Below are positions 19,306 through 31,280 of a stretch of 64,000 nt of DNA, piece by piece. The notes beneath the pieces were generated by a model, which did no database searches, had not been told where the DNA came from, and worked only from the letters and a program-made list of their open reading frames with translations. Each line of letters begins with the position of its first letter. The first letter of the stretch is position 1. The position numbers were made by a program, and so were the translations under genes. The stretch is from an uncultured virus (IMG/VR IMGVR_UViG_3300025659_000005) (lineage: Duplodnaviria > Heunggongvirae > Uroviricota > Caudoviricetes): IMG/VR virus record IMGVR_UViG_3300025659_000005, one strand, 5' to 3'.

Positions 19306-20800
19306 CAATAATTTTAAAAGTAAAATGATCCAGCTCAAAGAACCGGATCTGTTAAAATTTTAGGTTGCTTCTAACCATTTCATAAGTTCTTCAATATTCC
19401 CTTCAAATTTTTTAGAGAGAACCCACCCGAAAGCCATTCCGATATTAATCCCAATCATAATAAAGAATATTTCGTACATTAGATTATCCTATAATCTTTG
19501 TCGCCAGTTTAATCCATCTTCTGTACATTGTATTATTTTGCATCTTTTACAAGTACGATTGATGGAAATTTTCTCTGGAAAAGCTTTTATAAACAATATA
19601 CTCATTCTCCAATATTTCCATTTATGTAACCCAAATATACAAAGATTGTTTATCAGATTTTTATTATCCATACCTGCATTCACCACATACAATTTCATCA
19701 ACATGTGAATTACAAGATTTACAATCTTGTTCTTCTATCGTTCCAGCTCCATTAATTTTATATTTTGATCCGCAAACACGACACTCAGTATATACACTTG
19801 ATGTTATTGTTAATGGTGTACTACATTTCAGACAGGGAGTGTTCATCATAACCTCTTATTTGTAGTTTACAGTTTTATTTAACATATTTTGTAGCTCATA
19901 ATATTTATCAGCATCTGTTTTTAATTGTTTTATTTATCATGTCATATACACCACTATCAAAATTTTCACCATGCATACTGTATGAACCCCAAGCAATAGT
20001 ACCAACATCAGGTCTTAAAATATCTTGAATACTTTCTAGAGTTCTTACAGCACACCTATGTGAAATTTTAGCTCGATAATAAGGCCTATCTCTCATTTTT
20101 CTTAATTCTTTTTTCATTTTATCCTCGGAAACCTGGAGCTCTGCGCCAGGTCACAGTCAAAGGTTTTACCGTTACCTTTTCAGAACTCAACATCATAAAT
20201 GAAATCAGTTACTTCGTCCATCACTCTGGCAGACCCATAGGTGGGGTGATAATCAACAGTTAGTTGCAACGTGGGCCATGTTAAATATTCAAGCATTGCC
20301 TCGATTATCCCAGGCGCTTCCACTTCGGTCACTTTATCTATTTCGTGATCTGTGATTTTATATTTCATCATCCCTCCTCTGTTTGTAGGGGGTAACACCA
20401 CACTGATTCTGTTTTAATTATTTCTATTACTCCCTCCTCGGTGTCTGGTGTGTCGCTGTTATAGTTAATACATAATTGTTCAACACGTTCCTTAAACCAC
20501 TTTTTATATCTGTTGGTATCATTGCTCATCATAGCGGCAGTCCCTTCACATTCAGATATAAATTCTTTATAAAGTTTTTCAAACTCCATATTAATTTTAG
20601 TATCATTTTTAAAACAATTACGATATTCTATGTTTGGTTTCATAGAGTTCCCTCATTTATACCAATCAATACCAACTTGGAAAAATAACCACTCAAATAT
20701 AGTTTCATCTCCCCATCGACATATTCTAGGTTTTGGACGAAAATTTTCCCAACCAAAATATATGTTTATAAATACCATATCAAATCCTTTAATTTTATTT

Positions 20801-21409
20801 TTATTTAACTCTATTAGGATGAGATTTATGTTTAGCTTCAAATCGTTTTCTTTTTCGTTTACTCATATGTTTTTTAGCTTTTTCTTTTGCTTTTCTAGTA
20901 CCTTGTTTTCCTTCAGCGTTAATAGGTTTAGCACCAATACTACAAGATACAGGATTATCTATTGTGAATCCACATATACCACATTTAATACGACCATCCC
21001 AATGTTTCCAAGTACCATTATATGAATAACCTTTTTTATTACGACAATTAGGACAAAATTTATAATGATCAACTGCACCACAATCAATACATTTTAATAT
21101 ACTATACTCACGTCTAGGAGAAACTTTGTAATTATATTTGTTTTTAATATATTCACATTTACATATAGGAGATTCATAATTTTTAGACCACCAATATCTT
21201 GAAGATTCTCCTAAATATTCAATTTCTAATCCACAAGTCTCACAGTATTTAACACCTTGATTTACAACATTAAAACTACCACAGATACCACAAGCATCTC
21301 CACTTCTTCTTACATCTTTACATGTAGTAGGATTTTTAGTATGAGAAGATTTAAGAGTTCCTTGATTTTCTTCAATTTCAGTTTGTTCCATTACTTGTTT
21401 AGGATCCAT
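20801..21409 (-). CDS. Multi-CxxC zinc-ribbon hypothetical protein
   Basis: Five CxxC pairs and a basic C-terminus. Confidence 0.65.
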   Translation of the reverse strand: MDPKQVMEQTEIEENQGTLKSSHTKNPTTCKDVRRSGDACGICGSFNVVNQGVKYCETCGLEIEYLGESSRYWWSKNYESPICKCEYIKNKYNYKVSPRREYSILKCIDCGAVDHYKFCPNCRNKKGYSYNGTWKHWDGRIKCGICGFTIDNPVSCSIGAKPINAEGKQGTRKAKEKAKKHMSKRKRKRFEAKHKSHPNRVK

Positions 21410-22169
21410 TTTAAATCTCCTATTATATAATTGTATTTAATATCTTATATTATTACCTTCTAAACGTCCGATAGGATCACCAGATGTAGTATTGGTTAGA
21501 GGATGATCAGATTCTTCCCACCATCTACCATCAGAGGTTTGATATATACTTTTACCACTAGTTGTCCCGTCATCAACATATTCTTTTCTTACTATTGCTG
21601 ATTTATTATATGTCATTTCTGCCGTCATGACTTTCCTCCGATTATTCTAATTCAATTCCAAGTTTCTTAGATATTTCTTGAATATGTTCTATAATCTTAA
21701 TAGTATTTTTTTCATCATCACCTTCGTAAAATTCTAAAGCATTATTTTCTCCGGTGAGATGATATTGAAGTGCATCTTTTATAACGTCTGTATCTTCTTT
21801 AGGTATCGGTGTAACAGTTATTTTTGTATCTAATGATTTCATTACATCAAATGGTATGTTTTTTAAATCTTTTACTTCTTTAGCGATTTCAATACCAATC
21901 TCTTCAAACATCCCCACAGTACCTTCTTTAACTAGTTTAGGAATGTTCTCACACTCTAATCCTTCCAATAAAGCAATTAATTTTGATCGATAAAGATCTT
22001 CTTTCTCTGGTATGTTTCCTATTCCTGTAGAATCAAGTTTATCTGCAATCTCTCTTAGATCTTCTTTTATATAATCGTAATTGTGCAAATGATTACACAT
22101 ATTTCGAAGTCTATCAGCATCTGTTATAGAACTAACTTTCATTAGATTAATCTCCTGTACAAAATTTTT

Positions 22170-22279
22170 TGGTTGAGAGCAAATGATTCGAACATTATCT
22201 TTTGACCAAAGGAGTTGAAATCCAATTTTAAAAGACTCCTATTTACGGTTAAACGCTTTACCATTAAGCTATACTCTCA
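22170..22279 (-). ncRNA. tRNA-like element or pseudo-tRNA with expanded anticodon loop
   Basis: TGAGAGTA/TGCTCTCA+ACCA, TAGCTTAATGGTAAAGC D arm and AATG-TTCGAAT-CATT T arm. The anticodon loop is replaced by about 40 nt containing an AGGAGT/ACTCCT hairpin. Confidence 0.6.
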
Positions 22280-22752
22280 ATAACTAAATTAATTCTTTCT
22301 CTATCTTTTTGATTAGCTAAATTATAAATACTTATATTGTTTTCTGATGCTATAGAAATAGCTGTACCTGTACCACCAGTTTTACTACTTCTAGTTTTAT
22401 GATTTTTACAACCATCTTTTGTCCAACATATTAAAAAATTAGATGGTGTTTTAAGATCTTTTCCTAATACCTGAAATGAATTTCGACCATGTAACTTCTG
22501 GACGTATTCAGGTAACTTATGAAAAATTGGATGATAAAGGGCGGCAAGATCTATTGATTCTTTAGTAGCATCACTAGCATAAAATATTTCTTTCTGATTA
22601 CCAACACCAGATTCAAAAGCACTATCTGCACCTTTTGCACCACCAGAACGGAGAATGAATCCTAAAGACCTAAGAAATATTGCTATTTGTTTTATTAATT
22701 CTAATATATCATCAGGAGTATCTCTTGCTCCTACACCTGTATAATATTTCAT
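22264..22752 (-). CDS. SLOG-family (DprA/Smf-like) protein
   Basis: YTGVGARDTP, LRSGGAKGADSAFE and GGTGTAI motifs. Confidence 0.8.
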   Translation of the reverse strand: MKYYTGVGARDTPDDILELIKQIAIFLRSLGFILRSGGAKGADSAFESGVGNQKEIFYASDATKESIDLAALYHPIFHKLPEYVQKLHGRNSFQVLGKDLKTPSNFLICWTKDGCKNHKTRSSKTGGTGTAISIASENNISIYNLANQKDRERINLVIESIA

Positions 22753-24188
22753 ATACTTCTCCTGTTTAATATTTCTAAAGATTTATCAATTATTTGGTCT
22801 TTAGATAGATCTGACGGTTTTTCTATCTTATAATTATTAATAGTTGTATCATAACAACCTTCAACAATAACACGATAACCGTATGTGAGTTGAGATAATT
22901 CTTTGATCATAAACATCATTAGCTTACTAGTATTAATGTCCATCTCTTATTAAAAGATCTAAGAAATTACTAGCAGCAACATTTGCAATCATATGAATAT
23001 CATCTCTATTTTTATACTTCTTTTCATTTCTGTAATATTGATCAAAAAATGCCATAGCTATATTAGATTTATAACCATGAAAAAGGTCTTCATCTTCTTT
23101 TAGATGTTTTCTAACGATTGTTAGTGCATCACTAAATTCTGACATTATTAACTCCTATTGATATTCCTTAGAAAATGATAAGATATAAACGCAATTGCCC
23201 ATGCAACACCAACAACCCCAAACGAAGTTGCTATATAAAATATTCCTTGATCAGTCATTGATTATCCTCCCAGATCTTGCCGCTTTATTTAAGTATTAAT
23301 GATCCAAAATATGTAAGAAATCCAATAACAACTAATATTGGTAGTATTATGCACGATTTATTTTTTTCAATCAATTTTGGTTTAGTTATATAATCATAAG
23401 CGGATTCTTGACTAATACTTCTATTAATAAACAACTCAGCGTCAATCTTTTCCCTTAATTTCAAATTTCTTTTATCTTTGTTGTATATTAATTGAGCTGT
23501 CGCCATTTGTTGATTCTCCTTTTATGTTGGTATGATTATCATTTTTGGTTTTAACCAATTACACTTTATGTTTTTGATATCATATATTTCTTTTAAAACA
23601 ACACCAATCATTACTTCAGCTTCTTTACGATCAATAAATTCTTTAGGTGAATGTACATTAGGTATATTTGAATACATATAATCAATATATATTTGTCCAT
23701 TATTTATAGATGTGAGAATTTTTTCACACACATCTATTTCATTAATATAATCGAGATAATGATATTTTTTTTGATATTCGAGTTTAATTTTAAGTTTAGA
23801 TTCACATTCTGTTTTTGATGATAAACGTAAAATTGAATAGTATTTTTTACGACCAGGTTTTCCTTTCCACGATAACCATACATCTTCCCAAGGTGATTCA
23901 TATTTACTAGAAATAGATATTTGTCCACGACAGTTAACTTTTATTTCTTTTGACATTTGTTTAACCTATTTTAGATATTTATTTCAATTCAATGTTCTAA
24001 TTTACTAAATCTTTATTCGCACTTTCAACATCTTTATAATACTGACTTTCACGACTATAAGGACCACAATCACATTGAGTTCCTATATAATAACCAGCAT
24101 TACTTCTAAGTACTTTTAATCTTAATACAACACCACAATCTTTACATTTATAAGGAGTTCCAGAAGCACTAATTTCACCTTTAAGCAT

Positions 24189-24926
24189 TTATAATACCCT
24201 TTCTTTAATCTTATCAGGCATCCAATCAATAAAATCTTCTCTTGTTGGTGGATCATCCATCCAACTATTATCAGCTATAGGAATAGTTTTAAAACATTCT
24301 TCAACTGTTAACATTTTCGAAACTTTTAATGTTTGTTGTTTACCACTATTACTTTTCCATTTAAAATAACCTTTTTCTAATACTATATGTGCAAGCTCTA
24401 GTGGTTGGAATACATCTTCTCGAAGATATGCTAAAACAGCATTATGTTCACCCTTGTTCCAAAGTTCTGGTGCTTTACTACCATTCATATCAGTAATAAT
24501 AGTACCGTCATTTAATTTAACTTCTTTAAGTTTACCTTTGATACCAGCTCCTTCACATGCTTTTTGAAGTGCAACATACCAACCTTTAGTGAATGTGATC
24601 ATACACATCATATCAATATGATTAAGAGCTAATTCAGCACACTCTTCATAAAGACCAGATTCTTGTGCAAGCACGTGAAAATCGAATTTTGCTCCATTCC
24701 AAGTTAATGGAACATACCCATCTGAATGTATTTGTTGAAGGTTTCGTACAATTCTTTGTGATTCTTCTTTACTAACACCGTTCGGATCTTGCCAATAATA
24801 AACTTGATCATGTCCAGTTATGGCTAATGCTGCACATGAGATTCCTAAGGGTGAGATTGTTTGCCAATCTTCTACATCCTCAGGAATCTCTTTCATAATT
24901 TCTAGATCAAATGATGCGAATTTCAT
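24189..24926 (-). CDS. DnaQ/RNase H-like 3'-5' exonuclease
   Basis: FDLE, TWNGAKFDF and YLREDV (DEDDy). Confidence 0.8.
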   Translation of the reverse strand: MKFASFDLEIMKEIPEDVEDWQTISPLGISCAALAITGHDQVYYWQDPNGVSKEESQRIVRNLQQIHSDGYVPLTWNGAKFDFHVLAQESGLYEECAELALNHIDMMCMITFTKGWYVALQKACEGAGIKGKLKEVKLNDGTIITDMNGSKAPELWNKGEHNAVLAYLREDVFQPLELAHIVLEKGYFKWKSNSGKQQTLKVSKMLTVEECFKTIPIADNSWMDDPPTREDFIDWMPDKIKERVL

Positions 24927-25199
24927 AATAATTATCTCCCATAGTTAACGGGTGATAATTATTCTATCAATCACCCATTGTATTTAATATAATTCAATTT
25001 CTTATTTCACTAACAGTTTCTTGAGCAATATCCGTTATAATAGCACTATCAATTTCTTTAATCATATTTGTTAGACAACCTTTACATATTTTAAAATCGA
25101 ATTTTAAATTATAAAAGTATGTATTTGTTTTTAAACACATATTACATAACATATCTGGTTTTTTAAAAGATGTTCCTAATCTAGGATTTCTAATGATTG

Positions 25200-25862
25200 T
25201 CATAAATAATCTCCAACATATGATTCTATAGCAGGTAATATACATTTTTTATGGTAATAACCTACAAATTTATCTTTATTATTTTCATGTTGAATTGAAA
25301 TGTGTACAGCATCTTTTTCAATAGAGTGTTTACAATATTCACATGTAAATATATGTTTTTCATGCATCATTAGATAATTTCTTATCAAATCAATTATTTT
25401 ATCTTGATGATATCTAATAGCTATTCTGGCAAATCTATTAATATTAAATTCAAATATTTTTGAATCATAAATATTAAATAGAAATTGAACGATTGATATT
25501 TTATTATTTGTTATAGCCCAACACATTAAGTTATGATTACCAGCATAAATATTTGCATTAGCATGTTTTATTAGTTGTTTAACAACTCTAAGATCAAGTT
25601 TTTGAGCTTTATGAGTATGTATATAATCTGTTTTATAATATTTGTTACCATTTTTAGTAAAATAAGTTATATTATCAATATCTTTAATATCATCAAATAT
25701 ATTTATTTTTTTTACCCATGCTTTATCTTTTTCAAGAAATGCAAATATATCAACATCAGCAAACATAACATTTTGTGGATTAAATAATAGTACGTTACCA
25801 TATTTGTCAGCTACTGATGTAAACATATAAAATGTTTTTTCAAAAGTTTGTTTTTTTGTCAT
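25200..25862 (-). CDS. Ankyrin-like repeat protein with C-terminal Zn finger
   Basis: ANIYAGNHNLMCWAITNNKISIVQFL; CEYC...YYHKKC; paralog of 26598..27266. Confidence 0.55.
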   Translation of the reverse strand: MTKKQTFEKTFYMFTSVADKYGNVLLFNPQNVMFADVDIFAFLEKDKAWVKKINIFDDIKDIDNITYFTKNGNKYYKTDYIHTHKAQKLDLRVVKQLIKHANANIYAGNHNLMCWAITNNKISIVQFLFNIYDSKIFEFNINRFARIAIRYHQDKIIDLIRNYLMMHEKHIFTCEYCKHSIEKDAVHISIQHENNKDKFVGYYHKKCILPAIESYVGDYL

Positions 25863-26207
25863 AATAAATCTCTACTTGTAAGACCGGTCATGAAAATCTC
25901 CTTCAATTAATAGAATGAAACAAATCAACAATGTACGGTTTCCAAGAATGACTACCATCTTGAGTGTCCCAAGATGCAGTTCCATAATAACTAGGAGAGT
26001 CAGTAATTCTTCTAGCCTGTACATATGGTGGTTTACCACATCCAATAACACCATGTACATCCCAAGTTATCCCATCAATATCTTCATAAAAACCAATACC
26101 ACTCATAAACGGATTTCTTTTTAGAAATAATATATCTTGAATTTTGGATGGTGATGACCAATTTAGATTAAACATGAATTTATTTCTCCAATTTAAATCG
26201 ATGGTAT

Positions 26208-26594
26208 TTATTTAATTTCCAAATCTATATCTGGAATAATTGCTTGAGGTTTAAAAATCACTCTGTAATTATAGACACTAACATCAATAGGATTTAATTG
26301 TTCAGCAAAATATGTAACATTGTCAGATAATCCTAAATAATGTTTCTTATAAGAAGTTGGACTAGTTTTACAAGTTAGTTCTAATTGCCTTTCATGTTTA
26401 TCTATGGAAATAGAACATCTTCCTTCTACAACTAACATATAAGCATCTGTTATTCCGTTGTAGAAAACTATACGACGATTGATCTCAAACATTTCTGCAG
26501 CTTTAGATAAATTTTTTGAAGCTACTCTAGCATCAGTATTACATCCTAGTAATGTTATAATAAATAAGATCATTAAATAATATATTTTTGTCAT
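26208..26594 (-). CDS. Phage lipoprotein
   Basis: Hydrophobic signal ending in an LLGC lipobox. Confidence 0.7.
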   Translation of the reverse strand: MTKIYYLMILFIITLLGCNTDARVASKNLSKAAEMFEINRRIVFYNGITDAYMLVVEGRCSISIDKHERQLELTCKTSPTSYKKHYLGLSDNVTYFAEQLNPIDVSVYNYRVIFKPQAIIPDIDLEIK

Positions 26595-26597
26595 AGA

Positions 26598-27266
26598 TTA
26601 CCTTTCAATTTCCTTACAGTAATTCTTAATTACATTTAATTCAACCGCCGGTATTACACATGTTTGATGATAATAACAACCTGAGTTTAAATCACTATTT
26701 ATATCATTAATTTCATTAATAGTAATATGAAAACCATCTTTTGATATGGGATATTTACAATGATCACAAACATGTTTTGTTATATCTGTTTTGTTTACTT
26801 TAATATCTAATATATTAATAATTGATTGTTTTTTATATTTAGATGCAGTATTATACAATCTTGACATAATGTTTTCTCTAGGATCTATATATCTAATCAA
26901 TTCTTTAAAAATTCTAGGATGATTATTAACGATAGCCCAATGAAGTATGTTATAATCTCCAACACTAATATCAACATTCATTATGTTAATTAAGAAATTA
27001 AGATTTTTTAATGTTAAAGATTTTTTAGATCTAAGAATAATTTCATTAGCAGAATATCTTGTATACATATCATTATAATCATCTAAATATTCTTCGACTA
27101 TTTTGACACCTTTTGGTACTTCAACCTTTCTTACCCACATTACTGGTTTATTTAATGATATAAATAAATCCATATCATAAAATTCAAAAGGTTTTTCACG
27201 TTTATTAATTCCAAATTTATATTTTTCACCATTAACAGTTTCGTCTGTGAGCATATAATATGGCAA
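26598..27266 (-). CDS. Ankyrin-like repeat protein with C-terminal Zn finger
   Basis: VDISVGDYNILHWAIVNNHPRIFKEL; CDHC...YYHQTC. Confidence 0.55.
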   Translation of the reverse strand: MPYYMLTDETVNGEKYKFGINKREKPFEFYDMDLFISLNKPVMWVRKVEVPKGVKIVEEYLDDYNDMYTRYSANEIILRSKKSLTLKNLNFLINIMNVDISVGDYNILHWAIVNNHPRIFKELIRYIDPRENIMSRLYNTASKYKKQSIINILDIKVNKTDITKHVCDHCKYPISKDGFHITINEINDINSDLNSGCYYHQTCVIPAVELNVIKNYCKEIER

Positions 27267-27456
27267 TGTTGAACTCCTTTACGTTACTAAAAACGGTTGA
27301 TCTAGATCTAATTTTTCATGATTTTCATCTTTAATAATTTCAAAACTTGAAACATTGAAATATCGATCTAGATCACGAAAATAAACTGCTAAATCATAAT
27401 CAAGTTGATCATCTCTTAATTTACTTAATTTCCTCATTACATCACGACCAGTCACA

Positions 27457-28077
27457 TTATTCTCCTTTTTCAATATTTTTCAAAATACAATCTAAACAAA
27501 CACATGTTGAATTGCATCCGCTTTTGTTTTTAGCAAGGATTACTCTTGGACAATTAGCATAGATTCTATCAAAATAATTATCATTTATAAAATAATTTCT
27601 AACTATGTATTTAGGACCTAAATGTGGACAGTTACTTTTGTCTGCTTCATAAATAGGATAATCATATGCGATCTTTATTTCTTCCTCCCAAAGACCACCT
27701 TTATCATATTTAACTTCTTTGACATTATGTATAATATTCACTAATTCGTCTTTTGATATAATCACCATCTATTTTCCTCTTTCTATACTTGGTTTTGGAA
27801 GTTGTTCCAAAAGACAATCTAAACAAATTATTGTATCATCACCACAACAATAATCTTGTTCGGATACTATTGCTCTAGGACAATCTGCATAAATCATACC
27901 GTATACATAACCATTATCAACTGTTCTACTGACAATATATTTATGACTTAAATGCGGGCAGTTGAATTCATCAGCATCATAAATCGGTTGATCAATATTA
28001 ATACTTAATTTATTTTCACCAGTAAGACCACCCATATCTAGTGTTATAGTTTTAACACTATTATATTTGTCTTTCAA
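27457..28077 (-). CDS. Two tandem paralogous Cys-rich small proteins (27457-27768 and 27769-28077)
   Basis: Shared PIYxADxxNCPHL...KYIV...IYAxCPR...CLDC. Confidence 0.7.
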
Positions 28078-28252
28078 TTCTTCCTAACTAATAATTTTCA
28101 TAATTTCCATTAATTTTCCTCTATTTTATCATTTTCAACATCAAAGAATACATATATTGCTTCGTCAAATACTTCTTGAATATTGACTTTTCTTTTATTT
28201 TCTATATTATTTTGTATTCGTGCGAACACATAGTCAAAGAATTCTTTTTGCA

Positions 28253-29119
28253 TTATTTGAAAAGTGCTTTCGAAATTTCGACAGGTAAATTATCACAAGT
28301 GAATCCAGCAGCTTTCTTGTGTCCACCTCCACCGAATTTATAACAAATTTTAGAAACATCAATATCATCTTTCATAGTATACATACTAACTTTCCAAGAT
28401 TTTCCATTCCAACAGAAAGGTATCATTATATCTACATTGTTAACTTCAGGGTGATCTTCAAAGAACAAACTTGATATATGAGATCTATTTACTGCTAATA
28501 CATTATAAGTATGAAGTTTTTCATTTAATTCTACACATAATTCAGTAATAAAACCAATACTATTAATTTCATGTTTATAAGTTTTTGTTACATATTTATA
28601 TATTGTTTCACCTTTTGTAATAATTTCTTTTGTTAGATTGTTTTCAAAGACATCTTTCCAGAAAATTTGATTTTCGGGCTCACAATCATATTGTCTGATA
28701 CCGTATTGCATACAAAGTACACTTTGAGTGAGATTCCAAATATCATAATCACCAATCAGTCTAATTGATATTGGTGGATTATTGTCTTTCATAAAGAAGA
28801 TCCATGTTAAAACACAAGCAGCAGTACCATCTACTCTTAAACCATCAAATTCAATATCTTTAAGTTCATTAATTTTTGAAATATGATGATCAATCCAAAT
28901 GAATTGTTTAGATTCTTTTTTTAATCGAATCATATCATCTTTAGGAAAACTAAAATCTGTCATAATTACAACAGTATCTTTATTGATTAAAGACCAATCA
29001 ATTTTATATCCATAATCACATGGAATTAATTTAGCATCAGGGAATACGTTTTTAACTATTGCTCCAGAACATTTACCATCTAAATCCGCTCCATGATAGA
29101 AGCATATTACTTTTTTCAA
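28253..29119 (-). CDS. DHH/DHHA1 phosphoesterase
   Basis: YHGADLDG, TDFS, WIDHH and GGGGHKKAAGF. Confidence 0.92.
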   Translation of the reverse strand: MKKVICFYHGADLDGKCSGAIVKNVFPDAKLIPCDYGYKIDWSLINKDTVVIMTDFSFPKDDMIRLKKESKQFIWIDHHISKINELKDIEFDGLRVDGTAACVLTWIFFMKDNNPPISIRLIGDYDIWNLTQSVLCMQYGIRQYDCEPENQIFWKDVFENNLTKEIITKGETIYKYVTKTYKHEINSIGFITELCVELNEKLHTYNVLAVNRSHISSLFFEDHPEVNNVDIMIPFCWNGKSWKVSMYTMKDDIDVSKICYKFGGGGHKKAAGFTCDNLPVEISKALFK

Positions 29120-30401
29120 TTTAGTCTCCTATTCAAATTTACTATCCCATTTATTCCAAATTTTTATAGCATCACCAGTATTTATACGAGTAAGATTTGG
29201 TCTAACATGACATTGTACATTTGAGCATTCAATTCTTTCTGCTGGAAGTTCTTTTGTATCGTCATACATTTTTCCAGTATGATCGAAATTACATATTTCG
29301 AGATATTTTAAATATCTTACTGGTTCTTTACACCACGGACAAGATTTTATCATCTTTTAACCCCAACCAACCCAGAAAGATTTTTGAATGTCATTCTGAT
29401 ATTTTTTACCAGCTGTAGTAAATTCTGTCACACCTTCAACAATGAAGTAACCACCATCAATATCATCATATATATCACCTTCATCTTCAATATAATGATA
29501 ACCTGGTGTTATTTCTAAATTTGTTACTTTTTTAAAATTATCTTGTATAGATGTAAAAAGTTTCTTTATAGAATCTGTAAAATCATCACAATCGCCTTCG
29601 TATTCTTCACAAAGATCTTCAAACATTTCGTATTCATATACACGACATATATCATCGATTGTAATATTATGAGGACTTACTAGTTCTTCTAATTCTTTAA
29701 CTTCTTTCGGTACTATTTTTTTAATATTTTCCCAACTCATGGTCCAAGCACAATTTGCAGAGTATCCTGATGACATATTAATCTCCTATTTACTAGTTGA
29801 TTTATGAACTTCCATCCACACTCGAAATTCTCGAATTCTTGCTTCTAGATCATCTAATTCTTCTAAAACTTTATCATAATTTGATATCTTTTTTGGATCT
29901 TTAGGATGAAAATTATGCCATCCAAATCGGTTACATTTACAAATACTACGAGTAACTTTAGAACATTTTCCAATTAGTTGATCTGTTGGTGTCCCTATAT
30001 CCCAATAATCTAGAATCATGATTTATCTCCTATTTACTAGTTGGTTTGTACAAACGTGAATACGTATATCGATAATTAGGATCATTTTCAGATTCAGGAA
30101 TATCAGATACAACCATATAAAAATATCCACTCAACCTATTTAAAATATTTTGATTTTTCTCTATTGACTCATAAACTCCATCTTCCCATGGCATCTTATC
30201 ACATTCAACTCTACCACCAGAATACCATTTACCAGTTTCTTTATAAAAATCTACTTGTACTAACATTATTAAATTCCTAACATTTCTTTAAAATTAATCG
30301 GATTGGATGGTTCTACATCTTCACCTCTTGATCACCACAATTTTTAACCCATTGAGTGATAAGTTTATCATTAGTTGTAACATCCATAGAGCTTGTGTTA
30401 A

Positions 30402-31280
30402 TCATTTCGCTTCCTCCTTTACTAAATCAACGATTCGTTGTACTGTGGTTGTGTATACTCGTCCCCATTGTTTTTCAACATCAATTGTAATTGCGTATTC
30501 TTGAAACTTCGTTTTTATTAGTTCTGGATCATAACTGTATGGGATTGATATTGCGTTGATCTTATTCATATCAATTCCACTATTTCTTAATTTTGGGATA
30601 TTTCCGAATTTACAATAGATAAATCTTCCAGCGCTTGCCGGTAAAAAGACATTAGAATTAGTAATAAAATTATAAAGTTTCATACTATTAATAGTTGTTT
30701 GATCCTTACCCCATTTACTTGAGATCGTTACATCTTCAAATATGAATTCACCACATAATTTAATATATTCTTGATGAGTTGCATTAACTATATCAAGAAT
30801 GTATTTTAATTTATCTTTCTTTTTGATATCACTACTTAATATAATATTCTCTATTGAATTTTTTAATAACTTTTTACCCAACTCAGATGCATCGGATCTA
30901 ACTACTTGTATTCCTTTATAATCCGTTATAGGAGTATCAAATATTTCTGGACCATCTGCGATCATCTTATAAGCATATTGTTTTTTGACTTTCGGAATAA
31001 ACATTATACTATCTAAAATAACCTCTGTTTTAAAATCAATCATATTATGTTCAGGACTTATATTTGCCCTTTTAAATAGAGTGTCTATTACGTATGATTG
31101 TATTTCATTATTAATATCTACACTTACTCTTTTTGCTAATTCTAATTTTTCTTTAGCGGCAAGATCTTTAATATCCGCCGGAATAACAATATAAATAGAG
31201 TCTGTATCACTGTAAAGTACATGTTTTAAAAACCCTATTTCCTCTACATTTTGATAGTAATCTTTTTGTAAATCTGTCAT
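30402..31280 (-). CDS. Family B DNA polymerase, C-terminal subunit (motif C, thumb)
   Basis: VLYSDTDSIY, KKQYA and KGIQVVRSD. Confidence 0.9.
   Translation of the reverse strand: MTDLQKDYYQNVEEIGFLKHVLYSDTDSIYIVIPADIKDLAAKEKLELAKRVSVDINNEIQSYVIDTLFKRANISPEHNMIDFKTEVILDSIMFIPKVKKQYAYKMIADGPEIFDTPITDYKGIQVVRSDASELGKKLLKNSIENIILSSDIKKKDKLKYILDIVNATHQEYIKLCGEFIFEDVTISSKWGKDQTTINSMKLYNFITNSNVFLPASAGRFIYCKFGNIPKLRNSGIDMNKINAISIPYSYDPELIKTKFQEYAITIDVEKQWGRVYTTTVQRIVDLVKEEAK

Noticed and set aside
20131..20180. Possible degenerate junction repeat or hairpins
   Set aside because: The match to the consensus is too weak; only two small hairpins are visible.
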